A model generated the notes under the pieces. That model had not been told where the DNA came from. It saw only the letters and a program-made list of their open reading frames with translations, and ran no database searches. A program made the position numbers and the translations under genes. Of a DNA stretch of 60,749 nucleotides, positions 32,284 through 42,688 are shown piece by piece (the stretch's first letter is position 1; each line of letters opens with the position of its first letter). Source of the DNA: Prasinococcaceae sp. CCMP 1430 (Eukaryota; Plantae; Prasinodermophyta); contig RQSC01000023.1 in NCBI GenBank assembly GCA_013416795.1, positions 25,323-86,071 of the forward strand, read 5' to 3'.

Positions 32284-32913
32284 TCACTTCATCTTGTTGG
32301 CGGCGATCAGGCATGCCGAGCCAAGGGCGGTCGTCATGACCAGGTTCGGCACAAACATCTGCAAGGCCGCGCCGAGTGGCAGCGCGGTGCGGGGGAGAAG
32401 GGTTGGCGGCGGCGTCAGCACAAGGCGATCGGCGTCGCCGTCGGTTGGGTTGAGGATGCAGGCGCAGGGCACGAGCGCTCGCTGAGACCCCCAGCCAGTG
32501 CTTGGTATCCACACGCACATCCGTCTTCAAGTTGCCATTTTTCTTCTCGCGGAGAACTGTGCAGCGCCAGAGGAATGGCGGCCAGCAGAAGCTACGGAGT
32601 CAGCCTCGAACGGTGGCAAAACAGGCAAACGGTGTGTCGATCTGCGCTGGCGCAACGTACTCAGGAGCGGACCGGTCAGGAAAAAGCCTCCGACCGCGCG
32701 CAGGTTGCCCTTGGTCGGGTTCTCGGCGCAGGAGGCCATCACCGCGGCGGCGCCGCCCAGCGCGTGCCCCATGATGGCGGCCTGCGAGCTGCCGTAGGGA
32801 ACCTTCTCGGTGAAGTACATGTCGTGCGAGGTCTTAGGCGCGAGGAGGAACTGCGCCGAGTACCCGGCCGAGGCCACGGCGCCGACCTTCGCAGCAATTG
32901 GGCCAGTGGCCAA
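32284..32913 (-). CDS. Small (121 aa) multi-pass membrane protein, 3 exons (32913-32661, 32556-32519, 32358-32284)
   Basis: Two GT-AG introns join three frames in phase, giving several hydrophobic segments and the end ...MFVPNLVMTTALGSACLIAANKMK*. TGTAA on the minus strand at 32133-32137. Confidence 0.7.
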
Positions 32914-33159
32914 CGTTCGCGGGTCGGGGGGTGGAGGAGCGCCGTGTCAGCAGCTTGCGCGCACACGTGCTGGTCCTCCTACGACGCGACGCGCCGCCCC
33001 GCACCTTCATCATCGTCTTGCCACTGATCTCCTGCCGCGCGCCGGAAGATCGAGGGGCGGGAGCAGTTGGGGAGAAGTCAGCGCGGGATCGGCGCGCCCC
33101 GCGCCCCACGCGCGGCGTGGCGTGCGCGGGCGCCCCTCTCCGGCCAACCGCCGCGCGCN

Positions 33160-33373
33160 TCTTCTTCTTCTTCTTCTTCTTCTCAGCCTTGACGACGCAC
33201 TCGCCGTCCCTCCACTCGCACGTGGCGTACCCGGCCTGCAAGTGGTAGTCGTCAGAGACACCAAGCCGCCAGCAGTCGGACTCGCTGTCGAAGCAGCCGC
33301 AGCGCTCTCTGTCCCACACGCCCCTCCCCCTATGCGCACATCCGCCCCCACGCCGTCCATCGCCGCTCGTCAT
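33160..33373 (-). CDS. Short Cys-containing ORF running into a Lys run at the single-N join
   Basis: MTSGDGRRGGGCAH...ERCGCFDSESDCWRLG...ATCEWRDGECVVKAEKKKKKKK. No stop is visible before the N at 33159. Confidence 0.35.
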
Positions 33374-33499
33374 GCGCTCGGCACAGGCAGCCTGCAGCGT
33401 GCAGCCTCGCTTCGCGCGCGCCGCGGGAAGGGCGCCCAGCTGGAGAGCGCGATGCTTCCCGTGTACACAAGCCAATATTATTGCGGGGCGGTCGAGGAC

Positions 33500-34099
33500 C
33501 TACTTGAAGGCGACGTTGACGGCAGAGGTGCTTTTGAGGCCGTCGGCGGAGCGCGCCTCCGCCTGTGCCGTAGGCGGGCGGAAGCCGCCGGCGCCCAGGC
33601 CGCCCCACCCAGCAGCCTTCTTGTCCTTCTTGGATTTCTTCTTCTTGCTGCCGCCGGCGAAGTCGCGCCATGAGTTCACGCGCGACTCGGTGCCCTGTTC
33701 CCATTGCTGCAAGGCGCCGGCGCGCGGGGACCCACGGGTCAGTCATGCCCGCACGAGCGCGCACGCGCGCCCTGCCCCCCGAGGATTTTGCCGCGCGCGC
33801 CCGCGCGCGCGCACGCACGCACCTTGTTCTCCTGGCGCTTCCGCTTGAACTCCTCGCGCGTCTTCTGCTCCTCGATTTTGACTTTGTCCTCCTCATCCTT
33901 GAGACGCTTCTCCATCTTGCGCTTCTGCCAGGCCATGGCGGTGATGAGCTCCTTCGCCTCGAGCTTCCACGCCTCGAGAAATTCATCCGAGCCCTCGTAC
34001 GCCGCGGTCGCCTCGTCGCGCGTCGACGAGCCCATCGCCTTCCACTTTTCGCGGAGCGCTTCGTCCTTCTTGTACTTCTTGCGGAAGGCCTTCACCGCG
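33500..34099 (-). CDS. DNAJC8: DNAJC8/Spf31-like C-terminal half (exons 34099-33823 and 33706-33500); J-domain exon absent
   Basis: Charged helix ...KRKMEKRLKDEEDK...KRKRQENK|QWEQGTESRVNSWRDF...KKKK...FRPP matches the DNAJC8 C-terminus (RVxSWRxF, RPP). Confidence 0.6.
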
Positions 34100-34256
34100 C
34101 TGCGGCGCGATGCGCGCGGTTGCGGCACCCCGAGGAGGCGCGGGGCCGCCGCCAAGCAGTGGGGGCGGCGGGTCAGCGCCCTGCGACCGGCAGGTTGGCC
34201 GCGCTGGGTGCGCGAGCGGGTGCGCCAGCGGCGGGCCAGGGGGGGGGAGGGGGGAA

Positions 34257-34592
34257 GTCGCGCGCGTTGGTCTCGGTGTGGGCTCCATCAAGCTCCTGGC
34301 AGACCACGAAAGGGGGTGCTCAAGCCGAGCGTCTGAAGCGCCAGGCGAGCCCGGCCACGAATGCAAGTACAGCCCGGCGCGGCGCTCGCTCGCCGGCGAG
34401 CAGGTGTGTGCGTTCGAGTTGGGCTCGACGGTCGTGCTGTTGTTCGAGGCGCCAAGCGGCTGGACGTTCGACGGCGGCGCCCTGCCGCCGGGCACACGCG
34501 TGCGCGTGGGCCAGAGGCTGGGCACCTGCGGGCGCACTCGCAGCACCGCGCGATCAGCACTGCTCAGACGGTCCGCAGCTGGGTTCAGTTGA
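34257..34592 (+). CDS. PSD1: Phosphatidylserine decarboxylase, C-terminal fragment only
   Basis: VGSIKL...GEQVCAFELGSTVVLLFEAP...RVRVGQRLG contains the LGST autocleavage motif. No upstream PSD sequence is present. TGTAA at 34614-34618. Confidence 0.65.
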   Translation, partial: VARVGLGVGSIKLLADHERGCSSRASEAPGEPGHECKYSPARRSLAGEQVCAFELGSTVVLLFEAPSGWTFDGGALPPGTRVRVGQRLGTCGRTRSTARSALLRRSAAGFS

Positions 34593-34761
34593 CCATATCG
34601 GTCCCCCCAATGCTGTAATATGGCATGACAGGCTAGCGGATGACGGCCGCTCCACGAGCTCGCGCGAGCGAGCTCGCACGGCTCGTGCACGCGCTGCCGG
34701 CCGACACGCGCGCTGCCTTCGCCGCCGGCCATGTACAATAACGATACTGTATATAAGTTAC

Positions 34762-35447
34762 TCACAGCGCCTTGATGACTCTGAAGGTCAGGCTGATACG
34801 GCAGCCGGGTACCCCTTTTCGCTGAGGTATCGAGTGCTTGTAATGCTCCTGCGTGCCCGCGTCCATCACGCACGCATCTCCATCGCCGAGCGCGAGCACG
34901 CGCCTCTCCTTTGGGGCAGCTGGGGCCCCTGGCTGCGCCCTCGTCTGTAGCACAAAGTCGCGCGTGGCGCCAAGCGACACGCTCACGATAGGTGTGCCCC
35001 GTACGTGCTCGCGCTCGTGGTCACGGTGTGGGCCGACTGCTCGTGCGCATGCATGTGTCAGGGCGCCTGAATGGCAGATTGAGACGTGCGCGCGTGCATA
35101 TGTGCGTACCGTAGTCGTTGCCTGACCTGTACTTGTTGAGGAGGCAGAGGTTGAAGCTGAAGCGATTTCCGAGAGACTCCTCCACGCGCGCTCGCACCAT
35201 CTCCATTTCTTCAGTGAAAGGGTGCACCACGTGCGTGTCGTTGCCGTACGAATAGCGCGTCCCTGGCGACCCAAAGGTGCAAAGCTCGCGGTGCATTGAG
35301 CACTGCTTGCCCAGGATGGTTATGGTTTTGATCTCCCACTCGGACAATGTCCAGAGCGCCGCATAGACACGCGCTGTCTCGGCGCGAGAAAACATGTGAC
35401 GCCAGACACGCACGGACGCGCGGCGCAGCCCCGCACTGCTCCACTTA
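34762..35447 (-). CDS. AlkB-family 2OG-Fe(II) dioxygenase (ALKBH2/3-like); intron 35037-35109
   Basis: FNLCLLNKYRSGNDY|VGPHRD (HxD), IVSVSLGATRDF, LGDGDACVM, YKHSIP, RISLTFR. The start lies at or upstream of the single N at 35448. Confidence 0.85.
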
Positions 35448-36025
35448 NCGCGCGCGCGCGCGCGCTGCGCCCCGACGCAAGCGACGAGCGGCGAGGCGGC
35501 CCACGCGGGCCTAGCACCCCACGCGCACGCACGCATGTAACATATCGAGCTGTACCGAGTAGGACCCCGCCCCCCCCCCCACACACACACAACGCGCGCA
35601 CTGCGCACCCGCGCGGCCTCGCGCGCCAGGCCGCGCGCGCCCCCGCGCGTTTGCGCTGCCGCGGGCGGGAAGGGAAAGAGGTGAACCCTACGACGCGACA
35701 CGAAGCCCAAAACGAACACGCGCGGCGCCCCCGTCCGACCTTGAACCCCAAACGCGCCGAGGCGTCGCGTTTCCGCCGCGCGCAACCCAAACGTCCTTCC
35801 GATCCGTTGCGCGACGTGTGACGTGTGACGCCGATGGCCGATGCGCGCGTCGCGGCAACGAGGAGGTGCAAGTCCGTAAATAACCTCAACGGAGACCACG
35901 GGAGATCATCGCTCGCGAAGAAGGCGAAGCCTTCAAGAGCTGGACAAGAGGGAGCCGAAGCGGAGGCCGGAAAAAAAACTCGTTGTTAGTTTTGTTTTGA
36001 TCCCACTTCTTTTTTGTGGGGAAAT

Positions 36026-36178
36026 TGGCACCCCAGGTGTCTTGCTACCTTTGCCATAATAATAATGGGTCACGAGATCTGCCCCATTTAGGCTGATATT
36101 GCACCTGACTGCCCCACCATTTTGGGGGTCTTTCCCCGGTCTGCCCGCGGTGTTGTGAGCAAGACACCTCTGGGGCCA
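36026..36178. mobile_element. ~150 bp foldback element with imperfect terminal inverted repeats (MITE-like or structured RNA)
   Basis: Perfect 12-bp IR AGGTGTCTTGCT (36035-46) / AGCAAGACACCT (36158-69), extended by CCCCA/TGGGG and TGGC/GCCA. Internal hairpins; lower GC than the flanks. Confidence 0.45.
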
Positions 36179-36203
36179 TGTACCGATACGAGCCAGTCTC
36201 GCC

Positions 36204-36657
36204 CTAGCCGGCGATGACTACGGTGCTGCCATTCGCACCGGCCAGATTCATCGTGCCGAAGGTCACCGCCGAATTGCTGTTGAGCAGTTCGATGGCGTTG
36301 CTGGCCGCCAGGCCGATCGTGGTGTTGCCGAAGGTGATCGCCGCGGTGCCGGTGCTCACCTTGATGCCGTCATTGGCGGCGCCGCTGGTGCCATTGGCGA
36401 TGCTGACAGTGCCGCCGTTGAAGGCCGCGCCGCTGAGTCCGCTCAGCAGGATGCCGTTGTTGGCGACCGTGCCGGTGGCGGTGAGCGCATCGAAGGTGAT
36501 GCCGCCCGAGCCGCTGGTCACACCGCTCAGGCCAAGGATCTGGCCCGTGGCGGTGGTGATCGTGTTGCCCGAACCGAGGACAGAAACCGTGCCGGCGGTC
36601 GCGCTGAAGCCGGTGCCGCTGGTGGTGGTGATGCCGAGCCCGCCGCCGAGCAGGGTG
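36204..36657 (-). other. Fragment resembling a bacterial beta-solenoid adhesin / giant surface protein
   Basis: About 150 aa of G/T/S/N/A/I/V-rich repeats (GGGLGITTTSGTGFSATAGTVSVLGSGNTITTATGQILGLSGV...GITFDALTATG...NNGILL...) with abrupt junctions and no start codon. Confidence 0.7.
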
Positions 36658-36986
36658 CGTTGCGCCGCGCCCCCGCGCGAGCGCCCGCGTGTGTGTGCGA
36701 GTGGGTACCGACCGGCCCACCAAAACTCGTTTCCCGCCACGCGCGCACGCGACGTCCGCATGGCGCGTGGCGCAGAGCGCGCGCGAGGCTGCCCTCGCCC
36801 GCACAGCCACAGCGCGCTCGCCGCAACTCCGCGCGCGGTGCATGCCCCCATGTCGATCGCCCGCGGACACCCCCGGCCGATGTGCTGCCCGCCCGCCTCA
36901 CGCTCGCGCATGCCTGTTAGGGTTGTGGTTCTTGGGCGAAGCGTGTCGCTGACGCGCGTGCGCTGCTTGCGCGCGAGCACGCGCAG

Positions 36987-37777
36987 AGGACGGCCGCGAG
37001 CGCGAGCGCGACGCCCGCGGTGCTGAGGGCGGCTACGCCGCGGAGCCTGCCGCCGAGGCCGCGCCGGCCGCGCCGGCTGCGCCCGCTGCGGAGGCGCCGG
37101 CCGCCGACCCCAACCAGGTGGTTCCCTCGATGACGAACAAGGAGGTGGAGGACATCATGCGCCAGCGCCACGAGGCGCGCATGCAGCGCGACTACGCAAC
37201 CGCCGACATGCTGCGCGACAGGCTGCGCGACGCCGGCATCCAGATCGACGACCGCACGAAGATCTGGACCGCGCCGGGTGGCAAGCAGGGCAGCACCGAG
37301 GGCCCCGACTACTTCACCGCCCCCACCCCTGCGTACGGCGGTTACGGCGGCGGCTACGGCGCGCCGGCCGGGGGTGCCGCGCCGGCGGGCGCCATGGCCG
37401 ACAACGACATCATCGCCAAGCTCGTCGAGCGTGAGGTGGCCCGCTCCACCCGCGACTTCGGCACCGCCGACCGCATCCGGGAGGAGCTGCGCGCCGCCGG
37501 CGTGATGATCGATGACCGCGCGCGCACGTGGCGCACCATGGACGGCCGCGGCGGCATCCGCCCGGACGCGCGCGGCAACTTCGAGGCGCCGCCGCAGCAG
37601 CAGTACGGCGGTTACGGGGGATACGGGGGCTACGGCCAGCAAGGGTATGGCGGTCAGCAGGCGTATGGTGGCTACCAGCAGCAGGGCTACGATCAGTCCG
37701 GCTACGGGCAGCAGGGTGGATACGGCGGTTACCAGCAGCAGGGCGGGTACGGCCAGGGCGGAGGCTATGGCTACTAA
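36987..37777 (+). CDS. Protein with two CysRS anticodon-binding-domain-like repeats and a Gly/Tyr/Gln prion-like tail (last exon; 5' exon uncertain)
   Basis: EVEDIMRQRHEARMQRDYATADMLRDRLRDAGIQIDDRTKIW and DIIAKLVEREVARSTRDFGTADRIREELRAAGVMIDDRARTW. The frame is open back to acceptor AG 36985-86, with branch point GCTGAC at ~36948. Confidence 0.8.
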
Positions 37778-38863
37778 ATTCGTACGACGCGGCGAGCTGC
37801 TGCGCCGCGAGGCGCTGCGTCGACGCCGCGAGCTGCTGCTACGCCGCGAGACGCCGCGAGCCGCTGCATGGACCGGCCGCCGCCGCCGCCGCCGCTGCCG
37901 CGTGAGTCGCTGCGGCGCTGCCGCGGCGATTCTGCGCCTGTGCGAGCGACGAGAGAGTGGCGGCTGGTGCCTGACGACGCGACGTGCGAGCGAGCGAAGT
38001 GGGACGTGCGAGCGAGCGAGCGAGCTGAGGCGTGCGATTGAGCGAGGCGCGCGTGCCCCAGCGCGCGTCGTGCTGCTGCTGCTGCTGGCGCTCCCGCCTG
38101 CGTTACTGCCGCCGCCGTCGCCGCCGCCGCTGGCGCCAGCCGTCGCCGCCACTGTGCTGCCCTTTGGCGCGAGCGAGAGACACCACCCGACGTCACCCAT
38201 CGACCTTAGGCTGAAGCGCTTCTGTAAGAATACTGCGAGCGCCCTTCTACAAGTACGCATTGCTGCGTCCCCTGCACCGACCGCGGCGGCGCCCTGCGCG
38301 GCCGGCGCCGCGCGCGGCGACTGGCGCGCGATTCAGGCTTCCGGATGAGGGAACGTGTCTCCTAAGATCAATTACCGTGGGGCTTTCTCAGCATCGACGA
38401 CGCTCAGCGTCGCCCCACCCCGTCCCCTCTCCCCACACTCGGCGCGGTCCGACTGCCCCTCCCCCTGCCCCGCCCCCCCCGCGTGTGCATGCGTGTTTTT
38501 CTTTTTGTGTCTCCGGGGCGCCTGCTGCGCCGCCGCGCCGCAAACGCGCACCGTGTCTGTATGCTGGCCCGCCCCTGGGCCGCCTCATTGCTTCGCTGCC
38601 CGCGGCGCCCGTGGCGCCACGCGACATGCGTCCCTATCGGCCTGTCACGCCCCGACTTTCCCGCCCGCGCGCTGCTGCGTTGGGCCTTGTGGACTAGCTG
38701 GGGATGCGAGGGCTGGGGTGGGCGTTCGGGTTTGGGCCTGCGCCATCGCAGCCATGCCCCCCCCTGCCCCGTCCCCCTAGCCCCTCTCCAACGGAGCCCC
38801 TCGCCAGTAGACCCATCGCGCGCGCGCATCTCCGAGCGCCGAGGCCGCGGTGCGGCGCGCTCC

Positions 38864-40078
38864 TTACTTGAAGTGCGCCACCGCCGAATCGTAGCCCAGG
38901 CAGTGCACCAGGAACCCCTTGACGTCCGCCTTCTTGCCGCCGTCACCGATGAAGTCCTTGACGCCCTTGTTGAAGCCCGCAATGTCGTTCTGACGCGCGG
39001 CCACCAGCTGGTAGTAGGCGTCGTCGGGGCTCTTGACGCGGCCCTTCAGGCAGTCCTTCACGCGCTGCAGCGCGTCGCCCGTGGCCTTGGCGGCGGCGGC
39101 GCCCTTGCCCCTGGCCGCAGGCTTGGCGGCGGCCTTGGGCTTCTTGGCCACGCCGCTCTTCTTGGGCTTGGCGGCCGCCTTGGCGCGCTGGGCGGCCTTC
39201 TTGGCGGCCTTGATGCGGTTGGCCTCCTCGGCGCGCGCCTCCAGCACGGCCTTGGCCTCGGCGGCCTTGATGGCGGCCTCCTCCTTGAGCTTGGCGCTCT
39301 CGACCTCGTACTTCTCGCGGTCCGCGGCGCTCATGTTCTTCCACATGGCCGCCACCTTGCGGCTCTCCTCGACGAAGTCCTTGTCCGCGCTGGTGCCCTG
39401 CGCCTTGAGCTTGGCCCAGAACTCCTTGGAGAAGAGCACGAACGCCGAGGGCGCACGCTTGGACACCTTGGAGGGAGAGGCCGGCGGCGGCACGTACTCG
39501 GCCTTGGCCTTCTCGTAGCGCTCGCGGTCCTTGGCCGCGGCGGCCACGCAGATGGCCTTCTCCTTGGCCGTGACCTTCGCCCACTTGCCGGCGAGGATGG
39601 ACATGATCTGGGTGATGTCCAGGTTGGGGTTCTCCAGCTTGGTCGCCTCGCGGTGCCTCTCGAGGAAGAAGATGTACGCGCTCATGGGGCGCTTGGGCGC
39701 GTTGGGGTCGCGCTTCTTCTTCTTCTTCTTGGCCTTCTCCTCCCTGGCGGCCTCCTTGGCGGCCGCCGCCTGGGCGCGCGCCTTCTCGCGCTCGATCTGC
39801 TTCTCGCGCTTCTCCAGCGCCTTGGCGTACTTCTGCTCGGCCTTCTCGAGCCCCTTGGCCGCGCGGCGCACGGCCTTCTCGGCCTCCTTGGCCACGCGCT
39901 TGGCCTCCTTCAGCGCCTCGAACTCGGGCACGGCCTCGGCCTTGCGCTTGCGGCTGCCCGACGTCTTGGGCGCGCCGTCCGCGGGCGCCGCCTTGGGCTT
40001 GGGCGCCGCCTTGGGCTTGGGCGCCGCCTTGGCGGCGGCCTTGGGCTCGGCCTTCTTGGCCCCTTTCTTGGCGGCCAT
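38864..40078 (-). CDS. HMG-box protein (2 boxes) with an H1-like Lys/Ala/Pro N-terminus
   Basis: KRDPNAPKRPMSAYIFF...LAGKWAKV...RYEKAKAEY and KRAPSAFVLFSKEFW...VAAMWKNMSAADREKYE. Strong GC3 bias. Confidence 0.9.
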   Translation of the reverse strand: MAAKKGAKKAEPKAAAKAAPKPKAAPKPKAAPADGAPKTSGSRKRKAEAVPEFEALKEAKRVAKEAEKAVRRAAKGLEKAEQKYAKALEKREKQIEREKARAQAAAAKEAAREEKAKKKKKKRDPNAPKRPMSAYIFFLERHREATKLENPNLDITQIMSILAGKWAKVTAKEKAICVAAAAKDRERYEKAKAEYVPPPASPSKVSKRAPSAFVLFSKEFWAKLKAQGTSADKDFVEESRKVAAMWKNMSAADREKYEVESAKLKEEAAIKAAEAKAVLEARAEEANRIKAAKKAAQRAKAAAKPKKSGVAKKPKAAAKPAARGKGAAAAKATGDALQRVKDCLKGRVKSPDDAYYQLVAARQNDIAGFNKGVKDFIGDGGKKADVKGFLVHCLGYDSAVAHFK

Positions 40079-41889
40079 GGCGGGATGCGAGGAGGGCCTG
40101 CGGCGTTCGTGCGTTGGTGGTGGTCGTTGGGGTGGTGCGTGGGTGGGTGGGTGGGTGGGTGTGGAGGGGAGCGAGTAGGGGCGAGGAAGTTGTCAGCGCG
40201 GGCCGCGAGCGCTCGCAGCCAGCGAGCGCTTGTTGGTGGCGGCGATGGAGGTGCGCGGCGTGGGGCGGGGGCGGGTAGCGTGGGCGGCTCGCAGCCGGCG
40301 ACTCCTGCAGGAGCGGCTGCTGAGCGGACGGGAGCAGCACTGCGCAGCGCGGCGCAGTGCTGCGCAGAGCGCCCGCCCGCCTCGCGAATGCAGCGCGCCC
40401 GCCCCGCAATCGCGCCCCCTTTCCATGCCCGCCCCCCCTCCCTCGCTCGCGGCAAGCCCTCTCGCGCGCCGCAAGGGCGCGCCGCGCCCGCGGCGTCCGC
40501 GGNNNNNNNNNNNNNNNNNNNNNNNNNNNNNNNNNNNNNNNNNNNNNNNNNNNNNNNNNNNNNNNNNNNNNNNNNNNNNNNNNNNNNNNNNNNNNNNNNN
40601 NNNNNNNNNNNNNNNNNNNNNNNNNNNNNNNNNNNNNNNNNNNNNNNNNNNNNNNNNNNNNNNNNNNNNNNNNNNNNNNNNNNNNNNNNNNNNNNNNNNN
40701 NNNNNNNNNNNNNNNNNNNNNNNNNNNNNNNNNNNNNNNNNNNNNNNNNNNNNNNNNNNNNNNNNNNNNNNNNNNNNNNNNNNNNNNNNNNNNNNNNNNN
40801 NNNNNNNNNNNNNNNNNNNNNNNNNNNNNNNNNNNNNNNNNNNNNNNNNNNNNNNNNNNNNNNNNNNNNNNNNNNNNNNNNNNNNNNNNNNNNNNNNNNN
40901 NNNNNNNNNNNNNNNNNNNNNNNNNNNNNNNNNNNNNNNNNNNNNNNNNNNNNNNNNNNNNNNNNNNNNNNNNNNNNNNNNNNNNNNNNNNNNNNNNNNN
41001 NNNNNNNNNNNNNNNNNNNNNNNNNNNNNNNNNNGGCATTTCGGGCGCGCGTTCCGCGAACGTCGCGCGCGCGCCAAGACCCCGCGCGGATAGACGCCGG
41101 GGGGTCGCGCGCGCGCGCGCGCGCGCATGAACGCAGCGTGCGCGCTGCTCAGGGGGGGGTGCGGCCGTCCCGGACGGGGCAGATGCCGTCCATCACAACG
41201 AAGGCGACGCGACCCGGCCCCGACCCCCCGAGAAGATCCCGCAACAGACGCGCCGGCGCCGGGTTTTGGCGCGCGGCTGCGGCGGGGCGCGACGTGGCGC
41301 GGACGGTGCGGAGGCGCGCGACGAGCGAGCGCGCGCGCGCGCGGACTCGGATCTTGGCTGGGTGTGTGCGTGCCCCGCGGCTGGTCCGGTCCGGTCTGGC
41401 TGGGGGGAAGCAAAATTGGCCTGGCTCTGCGGCGGTGACCGCCCGTCACGCGAGAGGTCAGAGCGGCGCGGGCGCCCCTGCCAACGACCCGCAAAACGCG
41501 TCGCCACGCCCCCCACTTCCACCGCCGCCAGGCCGCGCGCGCGCAACACGCACGCACGCACTCAGTCAGTCAGCGACGACGGACCGAACGACGAGGTTTG
41601 AGAGGCGGACGAAGCGCCGGCCGGCTGGGATGTTTCCCATGCAGGGGAGAGAGGGAGGGCGCGCGCGGGCAGGCAGGCAGGAGAAGAGCAGCAGCGCATG
41701 AGTCAGTCAGGCAGGGCATCATCGCGGCGACGACCAACAACAAAAGACGGGACCGCCAGCCACAGCGAGAAACAGCTGGGCTTGCAGCCCGGCGCCTCCG
41801 TCGGTCGGTCGGTCGGTCAATCGGGATGCCTCGTCGGATGCATCGCCCCCTTCCTCCCTGCGCTTCCCAGCCAGCCATAACAGACACAA

Positions 41890-41944
<55 letters not shown>

Positions 41945-41946
41945 CG

Positions 41947-41981
<35 letters not shown>

Positions 41982-42002
41982 GGACTCTGTCTGTCTGTCT
42001 GT

Positions 42003-42042
<40 letters not shown>

Positions 42043-42043
42043 G
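41890..42043. repeat. Compound inverted microsatellite (TCTG)~14-(GACA)~9-(TCTG)~4-(GACA)~10
   Basis: Tracts at 41890-41944, 41947-41981, 41986-42003 and 42004-42043. Confidence 0.95.
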
Positions 42044-42688
42044 CGCTCCCACGGACGGACGCACGGATTGCAGCAGACAGCACCTCCCCCTCCCCCCCTC
42101 CCCCCACCCCCCTGCCTGCCTGTCCCTCCCTCCCCCCGTCCCCAACATGCTCTGCAGAGTCCAGGGCGCGCGCTCCCCCGCTCCCGATGGGGAACTGAGG
42201 GGGCGCGCCTCCCCCCGCCCCCGCCCGGCGCAGCAGGGGGCGGCGAAAACAAACGTGCGCGCGCGCGCGCGCGCGCGCGCTCGGGGAACTGCGCGAGGTC
42301 AAATCGCATTTAAACGTGCGGGCGTGGGCCCGGGGTCGAACGTTTGGGCGCGCGTGTGTGTGTCTCTGACTGAGGACACTCCCGTGTGTGTGTGAGGGGT
42401 GGCTGGGTGGGTCATGGGCCTGTTGGCTTCGCGGCACGGGTGTGGGTTCGGAGCGACTCTCCGTGAAGCTGGCGCGCCCGCCAGTGATGTGGCGTAAGGA
42501 GGAGCGCGCTTTACGGAGGGGAATTTCGGAAGGGGCACCCCGTTTGGGCGGGGCGGCCGTGCGGGGCTGCCGTGCTGCGCGCGCGCACGCAAGCGTGGGT
42601 GCGCCGCGCGGCAGAGGGCGGGCGCGCGCGCCCGAGCGCCCGAGGGCCCGAGAGCCTTGCCCGGCGCGCGAGCGCCGGCGCGGCAGCC

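Noticed and set aside
35833-35990. 51-aa ORF MADARVAATRRCKSVNN... on the + strand
   Set aside because: Too short, no motif, and it lies in the AlkB upstream region.
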